64,000 nucleotides of DNA from Desulfatiglandales bacterium (GCA_963662465.1 OY759599.1:5472001-5536000), one strand, 5' to 3'. Counted from the stretch's first letter, positions 40,453 to 51,370 are shown. Program-made: numbers and translations. Notes: a model not told the origin generated them from the letters alone.

Positions 40453-42219
40453 ATGGGCGTTTATATTTCTTTGCAAATTCTTCCAGATCGTATAGACCCG
40501 GATGCGTGGGCCGCTTTTTATGATGAGACGGTTCAGTTTCTCAAAAACAACGACCTCAGGCTGATTGGCCCCGGGAAAGAACGGATCAAATTGCCTCAGG
40601 GTGAATTTGAAAGGACGATTTACAGCCAAACGTTCGAACAAGTGGAAAATGGGAGACACTTCTGGCATATCTGCGGTGATCTGACATTCTATGGCATGGG
40701 GGAGAGTTTCCTTTTATACCGCGATTTGAACCATTATCAGGATCGGTATCTTTTCGCCAGGGACGCGGACAAAGATCCGGTATCAACGATGGATCTCCGC
40801 TATGACATCGTGGAAAATGTCCTTCGGGAACAGCTGCATGAGACCGATAATGTCGAAGGGGACCCGCCTGCGACAGTCGGTCGTAAACAGGATAAATACG
40901 GCAGTCTCAGCGCTATGGCGAGAGTCTTCGATGAGAAAACACAGGGACACCCATTTCACTATTACATGCTGGGCGTGGGCATGCTTGCGGAAGACCGGTT
41001 TCCGAGCGCGGCATTTGTTTCCGGAGATATTGACCGGTTCCAGGCTGAAAAGGCGCGGGATAAAATCAGGACCATTTTGAAAAGGGATGTCAACCTTCCT
41101 TTGTGTACAAACCCTGACGCCCTGCTGAAACGTGTCATGTTATATTACGAAGGTATTGCGGCCGTGAAGGCCTTCGATTGTCTTTTAAGAGACGACGACC
41201 CCCTTCAGGATGCTTCCCAAATGCATCACATTGTGATCAGGCATTTGGGCCGCCAGGTTTATGAACATTGGTTTCTAGAGAGATTGAAGCGATATGACGC
41301 GCCCAATAAGCTGGGCGCCAAGGACATCATGATGGAGTGGCTTAACTCGGGTGAACCCCTGGAACCGTTGCTCAGGCTTGCGTGTATTCATAAAGAGGGT
41401 CCGCTATATGCCCCTGTAAGCACTGCCGAAAGCCTTGTAAATCTTTGGTTGACCATTGAACCGGAAAAACGGAAGGCGTGGCAGGCCTTTTCCCGGCCTC
41501 AGGGAGCAACCGACACGGTCGCAAGTCAGTTTGGCGCCGTCTTATTGGACGTTATTTTGGGAGCGAAAGGGCGAAACCTGAAAATCTATATCCCGGCGGA
41601 TGCCCTTATTCAAACCTTTGGCCGCATTTTCCCTCAAGAAGAGAGCGCCGTCTCTGAAATGGTTCTCCGCGTAACCCGAGAACTGGAAGAGACGCATGCT
41701 CAGATCGAGAAGCCCCTGGCTGAAAAGCTCAGGCAGGTTCAGGAAGAACCGGGCGTATTGGATGGCGTCCCCATTTTGCAGTTGGCTGACGCGGCATCCA
41801 TTACCGGGGAACAGCGGGACTGGCTTGTCCATTTTGCCTATGTCCTCTCGTTTCAGTTGTCAGTGATTAAAGACGGGGAGAATGAAATAGAAAACCTGTT
41901 TTTCAATGAGAGGAATTACGATGATTTGTACTCCCAGTTTGTCCTGGCCACTGACCGGTACGGTCCCCACCTGACCGATCAAGCCTGGCAATGGATCGAT
42001 GATGAACAGGACCTGGATCTGTTGACTACCCTGACCATGCTGTCTCTGATCAATAACTCGGAACAAAAATTTTACCATACAAAGAAGGCCGTCATGGAGA
42101 AGAAATGGCTTTGTGAGCTTGTCACAAAACTCCGTATGGACACAAAGGAGATGAATAAAATTAAGATACTGGCTGATGAAGCACTGATGAAAGCAAAACA
42201 AACCCGTGAAAAGGCGTAG
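40453..42219 (+). CDS. Hypothetical protein (588 aa), function unknown
   Basis: Long ORF with GGAGG RBS; no recognisable catalytic motif. Confidence 0.8.
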   Translation: MGVYISLQILPDRIDPDAWAAFYDETVQFLKNNDLRLIGPGKERIKLPQGEFERTIYSQTFEQVENGRHFWHICGDLTFYGMGESFLLYRDLNHYQDRYLFARDADKDPVSTMDLRYDIVENVLREQLHETDNVEGDPPATVGRKQDKYGSLSAMARVFDEKTQGHPFHYYMLGVGMLAEDRFPSAAFVSGDIDRFQAEKARDKIRTILKRDVNLPLCTNPDALLKRVMLYYEGIAAVKAFDCLLRDDDPLQDASQMHHIVIRHLGRQVYEHWFLERLKRYDAPNKLGAKDIMMEWLNSGEPLEPLLRLACIHKEGPLYAPVSTAESLVNLWLTIEPEKRKAWQAFSRPQGATDTVASQFGAVLLDVILGAKGRNLKIYIPADALIQTFGRIFPQEESAVSEMVLRVTRELEETHAQIEKPLAEKLRQVQEEPGVLDGVPILQLADAASITGEQRDWLVHFAYVLSFQLSVIKDGENEIENLFFNERNYDDLYSQFVLATDRYGPHLTDQAWQWIDDEQDLDLLTTLTMLSLINNSEQKFYHTKKAVMEKKWLCELVTKLRMDTKEMNKIKILADEALMKAKQTREKA

Positions 42220-42224
42220 AGATG

Positions 42225-42430
42225 CGTTAGTGTCATTAAAATATAATGTTCAAAGCAATGTCCGAATTCGGGCGTGCCGGGTGCAGGCTTTCGACGCGCC
42301 AAATAATTGGTGACGCCCACGTCAAACAGATAGAACTTTTCGGTTTTTATAAGACGTCGATTTTTTGCTTTACGCCAGGGTTGGATACTGAATCCCAACA
42401 GGGTGTTTTCCAGTAGTTGGAATATCATGA
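42225..42430 (-). pseudogene. Fragment of an AAA_14/DUF4143 ATP-binding protein
   Basis: LENTLLG..PW...RRLIK..KFYLFDVGV..FG..FEHYI. Confidence 0.75.
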
Positions 42431-42497
42431 AATTCTCTTATCTGGTATATTTTCTCACACAGAGCGTGGGAACGAGCTTTAAAAACGAATATCGAAC

Positions 42498-42658
42498 AAG
42501 AAATGTTCTGGCGGGGATTGCGGTTCGGCGTTCGGAGTACTCTGGCCACCCTGTGGAACGTGAGCGATCAGGCGGTCCGGTTCATGCTCTTGAAACCGGG
42601 GCAGTATCGCCATCCCTTTTGCTGGTCGCCTTATCTGTTGCTCAGGAACTGGTTGTGA
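42498..42658 (+). pseudogene. Patchwork remnant of a second CHAT gene
   Basis: Segments match ~39640-39661, ~40014-40077 and ~40161-40236. Confidence 0.85.
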
Positions 42659-42696
42659 CAAGTTTTCAGAAAATATGACCGTAATATATTTTGGTA

Positions 42697-43074
42697 TCAC
42701 GCGCTGTCATAGCGTTTGAAAATTTCATCCGTAAACAGGAAAGTCATATTTTCAGACTTTGCCTGTGAATAGATTAGCCGATCAAAAGGATCACGGTGAA
42801 TCAGAGGAAGTCCCAAATATCGGAAAAGGTGGTTTTCAGTGATTTGCAAAATCCTGAAGTCGTAATCCTGAGTAACAACTTTGAAAAAAGTTTTAAAATC
42901 TTTATCCATTTCCAATTTGCCGATATTCAGTTTTATACTAATTTCCCATAACGAAGCGACACTTACATTAATTTCATTCTCAGCATCCTCAATGAGTTTT
43001 TTATATTCCGGGCTTAACCCGGCATCATCTGAAACAAACCATAACAGCACATTTGTATCCAAAAGAATTCTCAT
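42697..43074 (-). CDS. VapC-family PIN toxin
   Basis: LLDTNVLLW, SVASLWEISIK...GKL, HRDPFDRLI. Confidence 0.93.
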   Translation of the reverse strand: MRILLDTNVLLWFVSDDAGLSPEYKKLIEDAENEINVSVASLWEISIKLNIGKLEMDKDFKTFFKVVTQDYDFRILQITENHLFRYLGLPLIHRDPFDRLIYSQAKSENMTFLFTDEIFKRYDSA

Positions 43075-43286
43075 TCCATATATTTCCTCATTTCTTCCAA
43101 GGGGTCATTAAAATTTTCAGACATTCTTATCTTGCCTTTCAGCAGGCCGGCTTTTCTTTTCGGCTTTAAAGTTTTTTTTGGGATAATAATCAACTGTACT
43201 TCCTTCTCAGAAACAGAACTTTCTTCAGAAAGCCGAATGGTCTTATTGTCAAGAAATATTGCATCATATATATACACATGTTCCAT
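43071..43286 (-). CDS. Antitoxin (DUF2281-like C-terminus)
   Basis: RKAGLLKGKIRMSENFNDPLEE; ATGA overlap with vapC. Confidence 0.85.
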   Translation of the reverse strand: MEHVYIYDAIFLDNKTIRLSEESSVSEKEVQLIIIPKKTLKPKRKAGLLKGKIRMSENFNDPLEEMRKYME

Positions 43287-43588
43287 TTTATATTCCCCCG
43301 CTGGCTTCTGGGTAGTCCCCGAAAGCCCTGTGACATACATTAACAAGAAGGGCGAATAACACCGTGCTTTCAGCCCTTGGGAAGAAACATCGGATCAGAT
43401 CTTCCCAAAGGGGGGTGCCGCTTAACTGCGCTTCTTTAAAATATCCCAAATTCCCACATTGTTATCAATTTATTTTTTACTTTTTCCGCACACTCAATGC
43501 GAATGTTCTCGGGTACAAAGGTTATGTTTACATTGCCATACAAAGAACCGCCGAGATTGTTGATTGACAACCAAACGAACCTTCCCGC

Positions 43589-46500
43589 TCACCTTAAAAG
43601 TTCATCCGGTCTGGGCGGCATACCCTCACTGCTGTCAACAATAAAACTGCCGGCCTGTTCGGGATCCCGGGTTTCACACCGTTCGGGGAGGAGTTCGTCC
43701 GCACTCAGAAAGGATTCCCGCAAGGGAACCATGGCATTTACGATGTCCTGCACGGGAGAGTTGACAATAATTTTTCCTTCTTTGCCGGAAACCTGGGAAC
43801 TGGCGGTTATGTCGCTGTCCGGGGAGAGAAAAACCGCATCGGCATTGATGGTGATGTCGCCGCCAAAACCCTGATCTGCGTTGGCGGTGAGGTCGCTGTT
43901 TTCAAGGGCAACGTAGGTGGCGGCATCGATGGTCACATTGCCGCCCTTTCCTTCACCAGACTTCACGCTGGTGCTGATGCCGCTGTTGTGGGTCAATTGA
44001 ATGTCTTTTCCGGTGATGTTGATGTTTCCTCCCAGCGCTTTTTTGGCATTGGTTTTTATTGTGCCATTGTCGAGGGACAACAGATTGCCTGCATGGATGT
44101 TGATAGAACCGGCATTGCCGGTACTCGAACTCTCGGCGGATATGGTGGCGCCTTCCGTTACAGTTAGGTTTTCGGTCGTTACTGCGATATTCCCGCCCTC
44201 ACCAACGCTGTCTGTGCCACTGAAAAACCCGCTTTGGTTTCCGGCGCTGTCTTTCCCCGCGATGGAAACAGAGCCTGTGGCGTTGACCTTGATATTGCCC
44301 CCTTTGCCTGTGGAACCTCCCCGTGCACTTGCCCCAACCTGCGCGCCATTCCTGAACGAAATATTGGTCCCCTCAAGTAAAATATCCCCCGCAGCACCAG
44401 TGCTAAAGGTGTCAGCGGTAAACAAGGCCCCGCCCGTCGCGTGTAGTTCATCGGCCTTGACTGTGATCGTCCCACCATGGCCCGAACCGGCTGTACTGGC
44501 CATAATTACCACATCCGTTTCCGTTGCGTACAGCTCATCCGCCGTGACGGTGATCGATCCTCCATGGCCCGGACCCATTGTACCCGTCTGAATGCTCCCA
44601 TGCTGTTCAAGATAAAGACTGGAAGCAGTGACCTTGATATTTCCCCCTTCGCCTTTGCCACTGGTATTGCTGAAAAGTCCGCTCGGAGATCTTCGTGTGC
44701 CTTTCCCTCCGATTGTAACAGACCCAGCCGCATTGACTATTATATCTCCGGCCTTGCCTGTGGTGCCCTCGTTGGCAGAAACACTAATTTGGGCACGATC
44801 AGTTATGGAAATATTTTTTGCATCTATTTTAATATAACCAGCATCACCTTTTCCGAGGGTCGTAGATTGAATCCATGCCCTGTTTCCTTTCATATTCAAC
44901 GCTTCAGTTGTGATATAGATGTTTCCGCCATCGCCCGCATCATCCGTTTCTCTGTGGGTGTTGGCAGCTATTGCCCCATCTTCTCCAATCGAAATATTTG
45001 ATGCTGTAACAAAAATATTCCCCCCATCGCCCTTCCCATAAGTACTGCAATAAAGGCCGCTTAAAAACCCGGGCCCACTGTCTTTACCTGTAATCGAAAG
45101 TGTATCGGATACGGTTACATTCATTTCGCCTGCCTTACCTTCTGAATCTTGTCGAGCTGATACATCAATCTGAGCGCCCTTGGTCAAAGAGATGTTTTCA
45201 GCATCTACAGTAATGTTTCCTCCATCACCTTTACCATACGTAAGGGACCTTAAATAACCTGTTTCAGAGGTAAGTTCCCCTGTTTTCACCGTGATGTCCC
45301 CAGCATCACCGTCACTTTTGGCCCAAGCATTTATCTCTGCATTGCGGAGAAAAACTTTTGAAGCAGTGACAGATATGTTTCCCCCATTTCCGCTGCCCTT
45401 GGTATAGCTCCATATTCCGGTAAGCGGCCCTCCATCCTCCCCTTCGATATTCACACTGTCTCTTGCATTGACAGTTATAGTGGCGCCATCGCCTTCTGCA
45501 CCATCAATTACATTGGCATGAATTCCTGCGCCATCGATCAAAAAAAGATTTTCTGCGTCTATTTGAATCTGACCCCCATTGCCACTGCCAGAAGTGTTGC
45601 ACCAAATGCCGCTGTTTTTCCCTTCAATTGCAACGTCACTTTTTGCATTGATTGTTACATTTCCACCATTACCAGTAGAAACTTCCCAGGCTGTAGCGCC
45701 AATCTGAGCGTTGTTGGCTAGCAAGATATTTTCCGCCGTCAAAAAAATATTTCCGGCATTTCCTGCGCCGTATGTATGGGTAAATATTCCGCAAGCCCCT
45801 TTAGCGCTGAATTGCCTTGTCCTTACTTGAATGTTTCCCGCATTCCCTGCGTTTTCATCCTTTCCAAAGGTCAAAGCACGAATTTGACTGCCTTGACCAA
45901 GTAACAACATTGCAGAGTCGATGAAAATATCCCCACCATCACCATCACCGCTGGTATCGTTGATGATTCCGCTCGGATTTCCTTCGCTGTCTTCCCCCAC
46001 AATGGTAACGGAACCCGTAGCATTGATTGTGATGCTGCCGCCATCGCCTGTGGAACCTTTCTGAGCGGAAGCGTTAACCTGTGCGCCATCGGTAAGAGAG
46101 ATGTTTGTGCCCGACAACTTGATATTCCCCCCATTACCGGAACCATGGGTATAGGATTGAATATTACCATCCTTGGCGTCGAATTCCCGAGCATTTACGG
46201 TAATGTTTCCTGCATTCCCAGCATCTCTATCTGAACCGTAAGTAGAAGCGCGTATTACGCCGCCTACACCCAGTGAAAATGTTGGGGCCGTTACCGTAAT
46301 ATTCCCTCCATCACCGCTGCCAAGAGTATTGCTGAAAAGCCCACTCGGATATCCTTCAGCATCGTGACCCTCAATGGAAACCGACTCGAACGTGTTAACC
46401 AGGATATCGCCACCCAGGCCTTTAGACCCTCTCATGGCCGAGGTGTTAACTTGGACCCCGCCGACCAAAGAGACGTTTGTCCCCTCCAGCAGAATATCTC

Positions 46501-47488
46501 CCGCATTCCCGGAATTGTATGTCATAGACGAAATTCTGGCGCCATGGTCAAGCGCCACAGTATCCCGCACCCTCACATCAATCCCCCCACGACTATCCTT
46601 ATCCCCCATAGTGTTGGCATACACCTTTCCGCCATCCACATAAAAATTCCCCCCACGCACATAAATAACCCCGCCCCTTTCACCGCTCACATCCACATCG
46701 CCGATCTCCGTATCATCGATCTTCACGTACTCGGCATACGAGCGGGTAATGTTAATATTCCCAAGCCTCTCAAATGAATCCATCCCCGGTCCCGAAGCAC
46801 CCAGGGTCACTTCCCCTGCCGAAGCCACGCTCACCAGATCGATCTCGCCGCCCGGGGCATGAAGCGTCCCATCATTCAGCGTGATATCCCCTCCCACAAG
46901 AGAAAGCGTCTCCCCCTCGGGAACCTTCAAATAACTCCCCTCCACCGTAATGGACGCCGCCGTATCATCCAGGAAACCAAAGGCGGATGGTGGATCCACC
47001 GTCAAAACACTCTGCTCGGGATGGATGGCGTCAAACCGACCGGCATCCCCCAGAAGGAGGTAATCGGCGGTGCTTGCATGAAACGAACCGTTCACGTCCA
47101 GGGTGGCGTTGGGACCGAACATCATGCCCCAGGGGTTGATCAGAAACAGGTTGGCCCCCGGAATCGTGCAACTGAGCCTCCCGTCAATCAGGGAAGAGGC
47201 GCCCCCGGTGACACGCCCGATGACATTCTGTATCCCGCCGGGGCCGGTAAAGGTCCCGCTTTCCCCGGTATTGATGTTAAAGGTCTCGAAGCTGTGAAAG
47301 AGGTTGGCCCCCGCCTGGGATCCCATTTTGTCGGTGATCACATAGTTGGGCCCGGACACGGCCCCTTTCTGACCGACGGTCCCATCCAGTACCACCTCGG
47401 CATGGGCAAAGGCAACCAGGCATATCAGTAAAGAAGAAGCTGTTCCGGTCCACCCAATGACTTTTTGAAAACGATTAAACACTTTCAT
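43589..47488 (-). CDS. Filamentous haemagglutinin-family TpsA exoprotein (intact copy B)
   Basis: Signal peptide AHA|E; TPS domain NLFHSF..F, RVTGG..S.IDG, INPWG..FGPNA; G.GG.I.I beta-helix repeats; C-terminal C..SF.V...G.PP.P tail. Confidence 0.93.
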   Translation of the reverse strand: MKVFNRFQKVIGWTGTASSLLICLVAFAHAEVVLDGTVGQKGAVSGPNYVITDKMGSQAGANLFHSFETFNINTGESGTFTGPGGIQNVIGRVTGGASSLIDGRLSCTIPGANLFLINPWGMMFGPNATLDVNGSFHASTADYLLLGDAGRFDAIHPEQSVLTVDPPSAFGFLDDTAASITVEGSYLKVPEGETLSLVGGDITLNDGTLHAPGGEIDLVSVASAGEVTLGASGPGMDSFERLGNINITRSYAEYVKIDDTEIGDVDVSGERGGVIYVRGGNFYVDGGKVYANTMGDKDSRGGIDVRVRDTVALDHGARISSMTYNSGNAGDILLEGTNVSLVGGVQVNTSAMRGSKGLGGDILVNTFESVSIEGHDAEGYPSGLFSNTLGSGDGGNITVTAPTFSLGVGGVIRASTYGSDRDAGNAGNITVNAREFDAKDGNIQSYTHGSGNGGNIKLSGTNISLTDGAQVNASAQKGSTGDGGSITINATGSVTIVGEDSEGNPSGIINDTSGDGDGGDIFIDSAMLLLGQGSQIRALTFGKDENAGNAGNIQVRTRQFSAKGACGIFTHTYGAGNAGNIFLTAENILLANNAQIGATAWEVSTGNGGNVTINAKSDVAIEGKNSGIWCNTSGSGNGGQIQIDAENLFLIDGAGIHANVIDGAEGDGATITVNARDSVNIEGEDGGPLTGIWSYTKGSGNGGNISVTASKVFLRNAEINAWAKSDGDAGDITVKTGELTSETGYLRSLTYGKGDGGNITVDAENISLTKGAQIDVSARQDSEGKAGEMNVTVSDTLSITGKDSGPGFLSGLYCSTYGKGDGGNIFVTASNISIGEDGAIAANTHRETDDAGDGGNIYITTEALNMKGNRAWIQSTTLGKGDAGYIKIDAKNISITDRAQISVSANEGTTGKAGDIIVNAAGSVTIGGKGTRRSPSGLFSNTSGKGEGGNIKVTASSLYLEQHGSIQTGTMGPGHGGSITVTADELYATETDVVIMASTAGSGHGGTITVKADELHATGGALFTADTFSTGAAGDILLEGTNISFRNGAQVGASARGGSTGKGGNIKVNATGSVSIAGKDSAGNQSGFFSGTDSVGEGGNIAVTTENLTVTEGATISAESSSTGNAGSINIHAGNLLSLDNGTIKTNAKKALGGNINITGKDIQLTHNSGISTSVKSGEGKGGNVTIDAATYVALENSDLTANADQGFGGDITINADAVFLSPDSDITASSQVSGKEGKIIVNSPVQDIVNAMVPLRESFLSADELLPERCETRDPEQAGSFIVDSSEGMPPRPDELLR

Positions 47489-47581
47489 GAGATCCCCCCT
47501 TTTTCCATATCGATATGCCAAAGAAACGGAACCTTGGCGCGAAAACTCAACCCTGCACCCTGAACCCTGTCCCCTTCTCCC

Positions 47582-49216
47582 TCAAAACAACTCCCCCACA
47601 ATCAAAAACTGAAACCCCTTATCCTGCAAATCTTCATCCGCATCGTCGAATTTCACAAACGGAATGGCGCCATAAGTCATCAGGCGGATTTTATCCGTGA
47701 TGTCCCACCGAAGCGCCAGTCCCAGACTGTAGATATGCCGCTGTCCAAAAGTGGGTGTGGACGTGTTCCAGGAGGCGCCGTAATCAAAAAACGGGGTCAA
47801 TTGCAATACCCGGCGCCCCATGGCGCCGTAAAGCACCGGAATGCGGCATTCCAGCGAGGAGGCCACCCCGTTATCCCGCACCAGGCGGTTTTCCCGATAC
47901 CCGCGAACGCTGTACATGCCGCCAATGGGGAATTTTTCAACGGGGAGAAGGGGGTCGGCGGAAAGCTGCGCGTTGGTTCGAAAGGCAAGCTCCATGTCCG
48001 TATCAAAGAGACGGCGGATGAACTGGATTTGGGCCTGCCAGGCGAAAAACCTGCCGTTGGGATCGGGTAGATCCACTGACGCATCAAATACGTCCACACC
48101 GATGTTGAAGGTGGATCGCAACGCAAGGACCTGGTTCTGACTGCGCAGCATGTACTCCTGAAAAAACCGCAGGGCCGTGACCGTTGCCTCGCCGCCTTTT
48201 ACCCCCGCTGAAAAAGAGTAGGGACGGCCCAGGAGGGTGGTCTTGCTGTAGCGGCGCTCCCCCGTGAGGCCCAGGGAAAACTCGGTATCAGCCTTTTTCA
48301 GAAACGGGTGGCTCAGGGTAATCCCCATGGTGTCCGTCAAACTTTCGATATCCAGGTTTTTAAAGGGGGTCTCGATAATGGTGGACTGGTTGCGCCGGTA
48401 TTGAAGGCTCAGCATGGTGTCGCGGGCCGTAATGGGGATGCTGTAGGCGGCATCCCAATCCGCCAGACCGTTGGTGGTCACACCAATATCCCCGGCCAGG
48501 ATGTCGCCGTTTCCGGTGAGATTGTCATGGATGAAGTGCATGCCCCCTCGTACACTGCCAATGGCCGGGGATACAATGTTACCCACCTCGGCACCGATGG
48601 TGTAGGGCGAATTTTCCTCCACCTGGACCTTCAGAACACTTTCGTCTTTTTCCGTGCCGGGACTCAGTTTGGCGTTAATGCGCTCGATGCGGGGGTCCTG
48701 CTGCAACACAAGCAGGGATTCCCTCAGATCAAAGATATTCAGGGGAGGACCGGCGCCCAGCTTCAGACGCTTTTCCAGGTAACTGTCGCGGAAGTATTCA
48801 TTTCCGGAAATTTCAATTTTTGAAAGGGACCCCTCGACAACCCGCAGGACGAGAACCCCGTCGGTCATCTTCTGATCCGGTATGATGACCCCTGAGTTGA
48901 CATACCCCTTGTCCACATAGTATTGCGTCAGCTTGCGCCTGAGATCCTGCAGTTCCTCGGAAGTGATTTCACGGTTTTCATAAGGGGCTATGATTTCCGA
49001 CAGTTCCCCGTCCGGAAAAACCGTGTTCCCTTCCAGCTTGAACTGCCGCACAAACACTTTCGGCATTGCGGAAAGCTGGTCTTTCTGGGGAGCGGAGAGA
49101 ATCTCCGGCTGGGCCGCGGCAGGGAAGGGGGAAACGAGGGCAAACATGGCAAAACCCAGCAAACAGGTGATGATCACTTTACGGATGTTTTTGAGGGAAG
49201 CGGCAGGCATGGGCAT
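47582..49216 (-). CDS. ShlB/FhaC/HecB-family TpsB outer-membrane transporter (intact copy B)
   Basis: POTRA GNTVF..YVDKGY.NS..VVEG; L6 motif SVRGYREN; C-terminal Phe. Confidence 0.95.
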   Translation of the reverse strand: MPMPAASLKNIRKVIITCLLGFAMFALVSPFPAAAQPEILSAPQKDQLSAMPKVFVRQFKLEGNTVFPDGELSEIIAPYENREITSEELQDLRRKLTQYYVDKGYVNSGVIIPDQKMTDGVLVLRVVEGSLSKIEISGNEYFRDSYLEKRLKLGAGPPLNIFDLRESLLVLQQDPRIERINAKLSPGTEKDESVLKVQVEENSPYTIGAEVGNIVSPAIGSVRGGMHFIHDNLTGNGDILAGDIGVTTNGLADWDAAYSIPITARDTMLSLQYRRNQSTIIETPFKNLDIESLTDTMGITLSHPFLKKADTEFSLGLTGERRYSKTTLLGRPYSFSAGVKGGEATVTALRFFQEYMLRSQNQVLALRSTFNIGVDVFDASVDLPDPNGRFFAWQAQIQFIRRLFDTDMELAFRTNAQLSADPLLPVEKFPIGGMYSVRGYRENRLVRDNGVASSLECRIPVLYGAMGRRVLQLTPFFDYGASWNTSTPTFGQRHIYSLGLALRWDITDKIRLMTYGAIPFVKFDDADEDLQDKGFQFLIVGELF

Positions 49217-49402
49217 AAAATAACCTCAACAGACGATTGGGGATGCGGGAATCTGAATTGACGCTGATCTCTTTCCTGATATCATCATTTTTTAAGCAGG
49301 AAGTAAGTTGCTTCATTTAGCATGCCGGAACTGGGAAATCAACGGGATTTAGCCCGAACAGTGATTTTTATGCCTGAAAACGGTCGGGATTCCCCGGTTT
49401 GA

Positions 49403-49497
49403 GAAGGAAAACAAGATCCTTCTGGCGGGGCTCAGCAAAAGCGCTGAGGGCGGGGGTCGAAGCGCTCTGGCCACCCTCCTGGTGGTGGAATTCTACC
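49403..49497 (+). pseudogene. Patchwork remnant of a third CHAT gene
   Basis: gaaggaaaacaagatccttctggcggggctcagcaaaagcgct matches ~39633-39675; agcgctctggccaccctc and gtggaattctacc match ~40039-40105. Confidence 0.85.
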
Positions 49498-49535
49498 TGT
49501 GCATGACTGGGTTGAACTACAAAGGAGAGTTAATT

Positions 49536-50147
49536 ATGGGGTTTTTAGCAGAACGGGATCGGTTGCGTTTCAGCTATCGGGACTATTGTGAACGGACGGA
49601 TGATCGGCGGCGGGAGCTGATCGATGGTTTAGAATATGATATGAGCCCCGCACCCTCAAGGATTCATCAAAAACTATCCGGTGAATTATTTGTCAGGATA
49701 TATAATGCTTTAAAAGATGGACAGTGTGAGGTATACGCTGCACCCTTTGATGTTCGTTTTTCCGAGGATTCCGCAGCATCGGATGAAGAAATCTTTACCG
49801 TGGTTCAACCGGATATCGTGGTAATTTGCGATGCGTCGAAGCTGGATGAGCGGGGCTGTATGGGCGCCCCCAATTTGGTGATTGAGATTTTGTCGCCTTT
49901 CACAGCGGCCAAAGATATGAAAATCAAGCGTGACCTTTATGAGAAGTACGGTGTGAGCGAATATTGGCTGGCGCATCCAACAGATAAAACCTTCATGATA
50001 TACCGCCTCAAACAAGATAAACAATATGCTAAAGCTGAAATATACGCGGGCCGGGATATGATTGAATCGACAACTGTTCCAGGCCTGAAGATAGCGTTGA
50101 CTGATCTCTTTGGCCGTCCTACGGAACCGGCGCCATCAAAACATTAA
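49536..50147 (+). CDS. Uma2 (DUF820) family protein
   Basis: ELIDG..MSPAP..HQ, VQPDIVVICD, GAP.LVIEILSP, LYEKYGV.EYW; AAGGAG RBS. Confidence 0.93.
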   Translation: MGFLAERDRLRFSYRDYCERTDDRRRELIDGLEYDMSPAPSRIHQKLSGELFVRIYNALKDGQCEVYAAPFDVRFSEDSAASDEEIFTVVQPDIVVICDASKLDERGCMGAPNLVIEILSPFTAAKDMKIKRDLYEKYGVSEYWLAHPTDKTFMIYRLKQDKQYAKAEIYAGRDMIESTTVPGLKIALTDLFGRPTEPAPSKH

Positions 50148-50662
50148 CTTCAGGCCAACCGATCAAAACCCTTTTTATCCTTCAAAACCTCAGTGTAAAT
50201 AATTATTGCGCTTTTGAAGGAGGTGAATGAAGATCTAATAAATTTCGGTACCCTGCTGTAGCCCTGTTCCCCCAAAAGGGTGTAAAGGGGTTTGAAGGAA
50301 CCTGTCCGGACGCCGTATTCTAATCCTGTTCATCGTGGTTAATCCTGTGAATCGTGTTCAAAACGGGAAGGATGCCAACAATGACGGATACACCTTTTCC
50401 CGTGTTCTTAAAAACTATAAAATCCGAACATCAGGTCCGGTCACAAGCCGGACAATTTAAAAACGCATGTTCCCAAGCCTCTGAGTGGGAATGCCTTAAA
50501 GTAGAGCCTTCGCAAAACTGTCCCACTTTGTGTCCGTAGTGGTCATCCTCTATCTTTCTTACCGTCTCTACCCTTTCACCTTCTTTTCCTTTCTTCTCAG
50601 CGCCTCAGCGCCTCTGCGCGAGACCATTTTATAATTTTATAACGTCCCATTCCCCCGAAAGA

Positions 50663-51061
50663 TCAAGAAGTGATTTCATCCAGCAGCTCGGGATGTTTGT
50701 CCAGAAGTTTAAAAAGGTTGCTGACTGATTGCAGGGGTTTGGCCTTCCCACGCTCGTATCGGGAAAATGCATTTCGCCCTCCCCCGGTGAGCAGCGCCGC
50801 TTCCTGCTGTGTCAGCTTGAGTTTTTTACGAATTCTTGCAAGTTCAGCCGCTTCCTTCGAATCAATTTCCTTGGCGACTTGTTTGATGGCCTCGGCAAAA
50901 CGAACTCCTTCACCTACATCAAATTCGACTTCCCCGCAATGAAAACAGTGCCATCCATTGACGACAGGTATAACGGCATGATGCCCTTTATAGGTGTAAG
51001 GCACATCTCGAACAGTATGCACCATCTCTTTTTGTCCACAATTCAGACAGTCGCGTTTCAT
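50663..51061 (-). CDS. mqsA: MqsA antitoxin (Zn finger + HTH)
   Basis: CLNCG..CFHCGE; LTQQEAA..GGG.NAFSRYE.G. Confidence 0.93.
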   Translation of the reverse strand: MKRDCLNCGQKEMVHTVRDVPYTYKGHHAVIPVVNGWHCFHCGEVEFDVGEGVRFAEAIKQVAKEIDSKEAAELARIRKKLKLTQQEAALLTGGGRNAFSRYERGKAKPLQSVSNLFKLLDKHPELLDEITS

Positions 51062-51062
51062 C

Positions 51063-51365
51063 TCATTTCTCCTTGAACTGGATCACTATAGACCCATCAT
51101 GGCGTAACGTGACCCTCACATAGGCTATCCCGGCAGGCGTTTCCGGGTGATAAACATCCTGCCAAATTTGGCTTGACGAATGGGTCGTCATGCTTTTGTA
51201 AAAATCGGATCGATTCATGGAACAAACTATTTCTATCGCCTGAGCAATTTCAAGCCCCATTGCCTGGGCGCCGATCAATGCTGTTGCGGTAAAAGCGTCC
51301 GCGCCACGTAAACGAACCGCGGATTGCACAGTTGAAAGATCATAATGCGGTTTTCGCTTTTCCAT
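51063..51365 (-). CDS. mqsR: MqsR mRNA interferase toxin
   Basis: MEKRKPHY.L, FYKSMTT, WQDVYH, IQFKEK. Confidence 0.95.
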   Translation of the reverse strand: MEKRKPHYDLSTVQSAVRLRGADAFTATALIGAQAMGLEIAQAIEIVCSMNRSDFYKSMTTHSSSQIWQDVYHPETPAGIAYVRVTLRHDGSIVIQFKEK

Positions 51366-51370
51366 AATGA

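Noticed and set aside
43589..49216. Contact-dependent inhibition (cdiBAI) locus
   Set aside because: No pre-toxin motif, toxin domain or immunity gene; the C-termini are conserved rather than polymorphic
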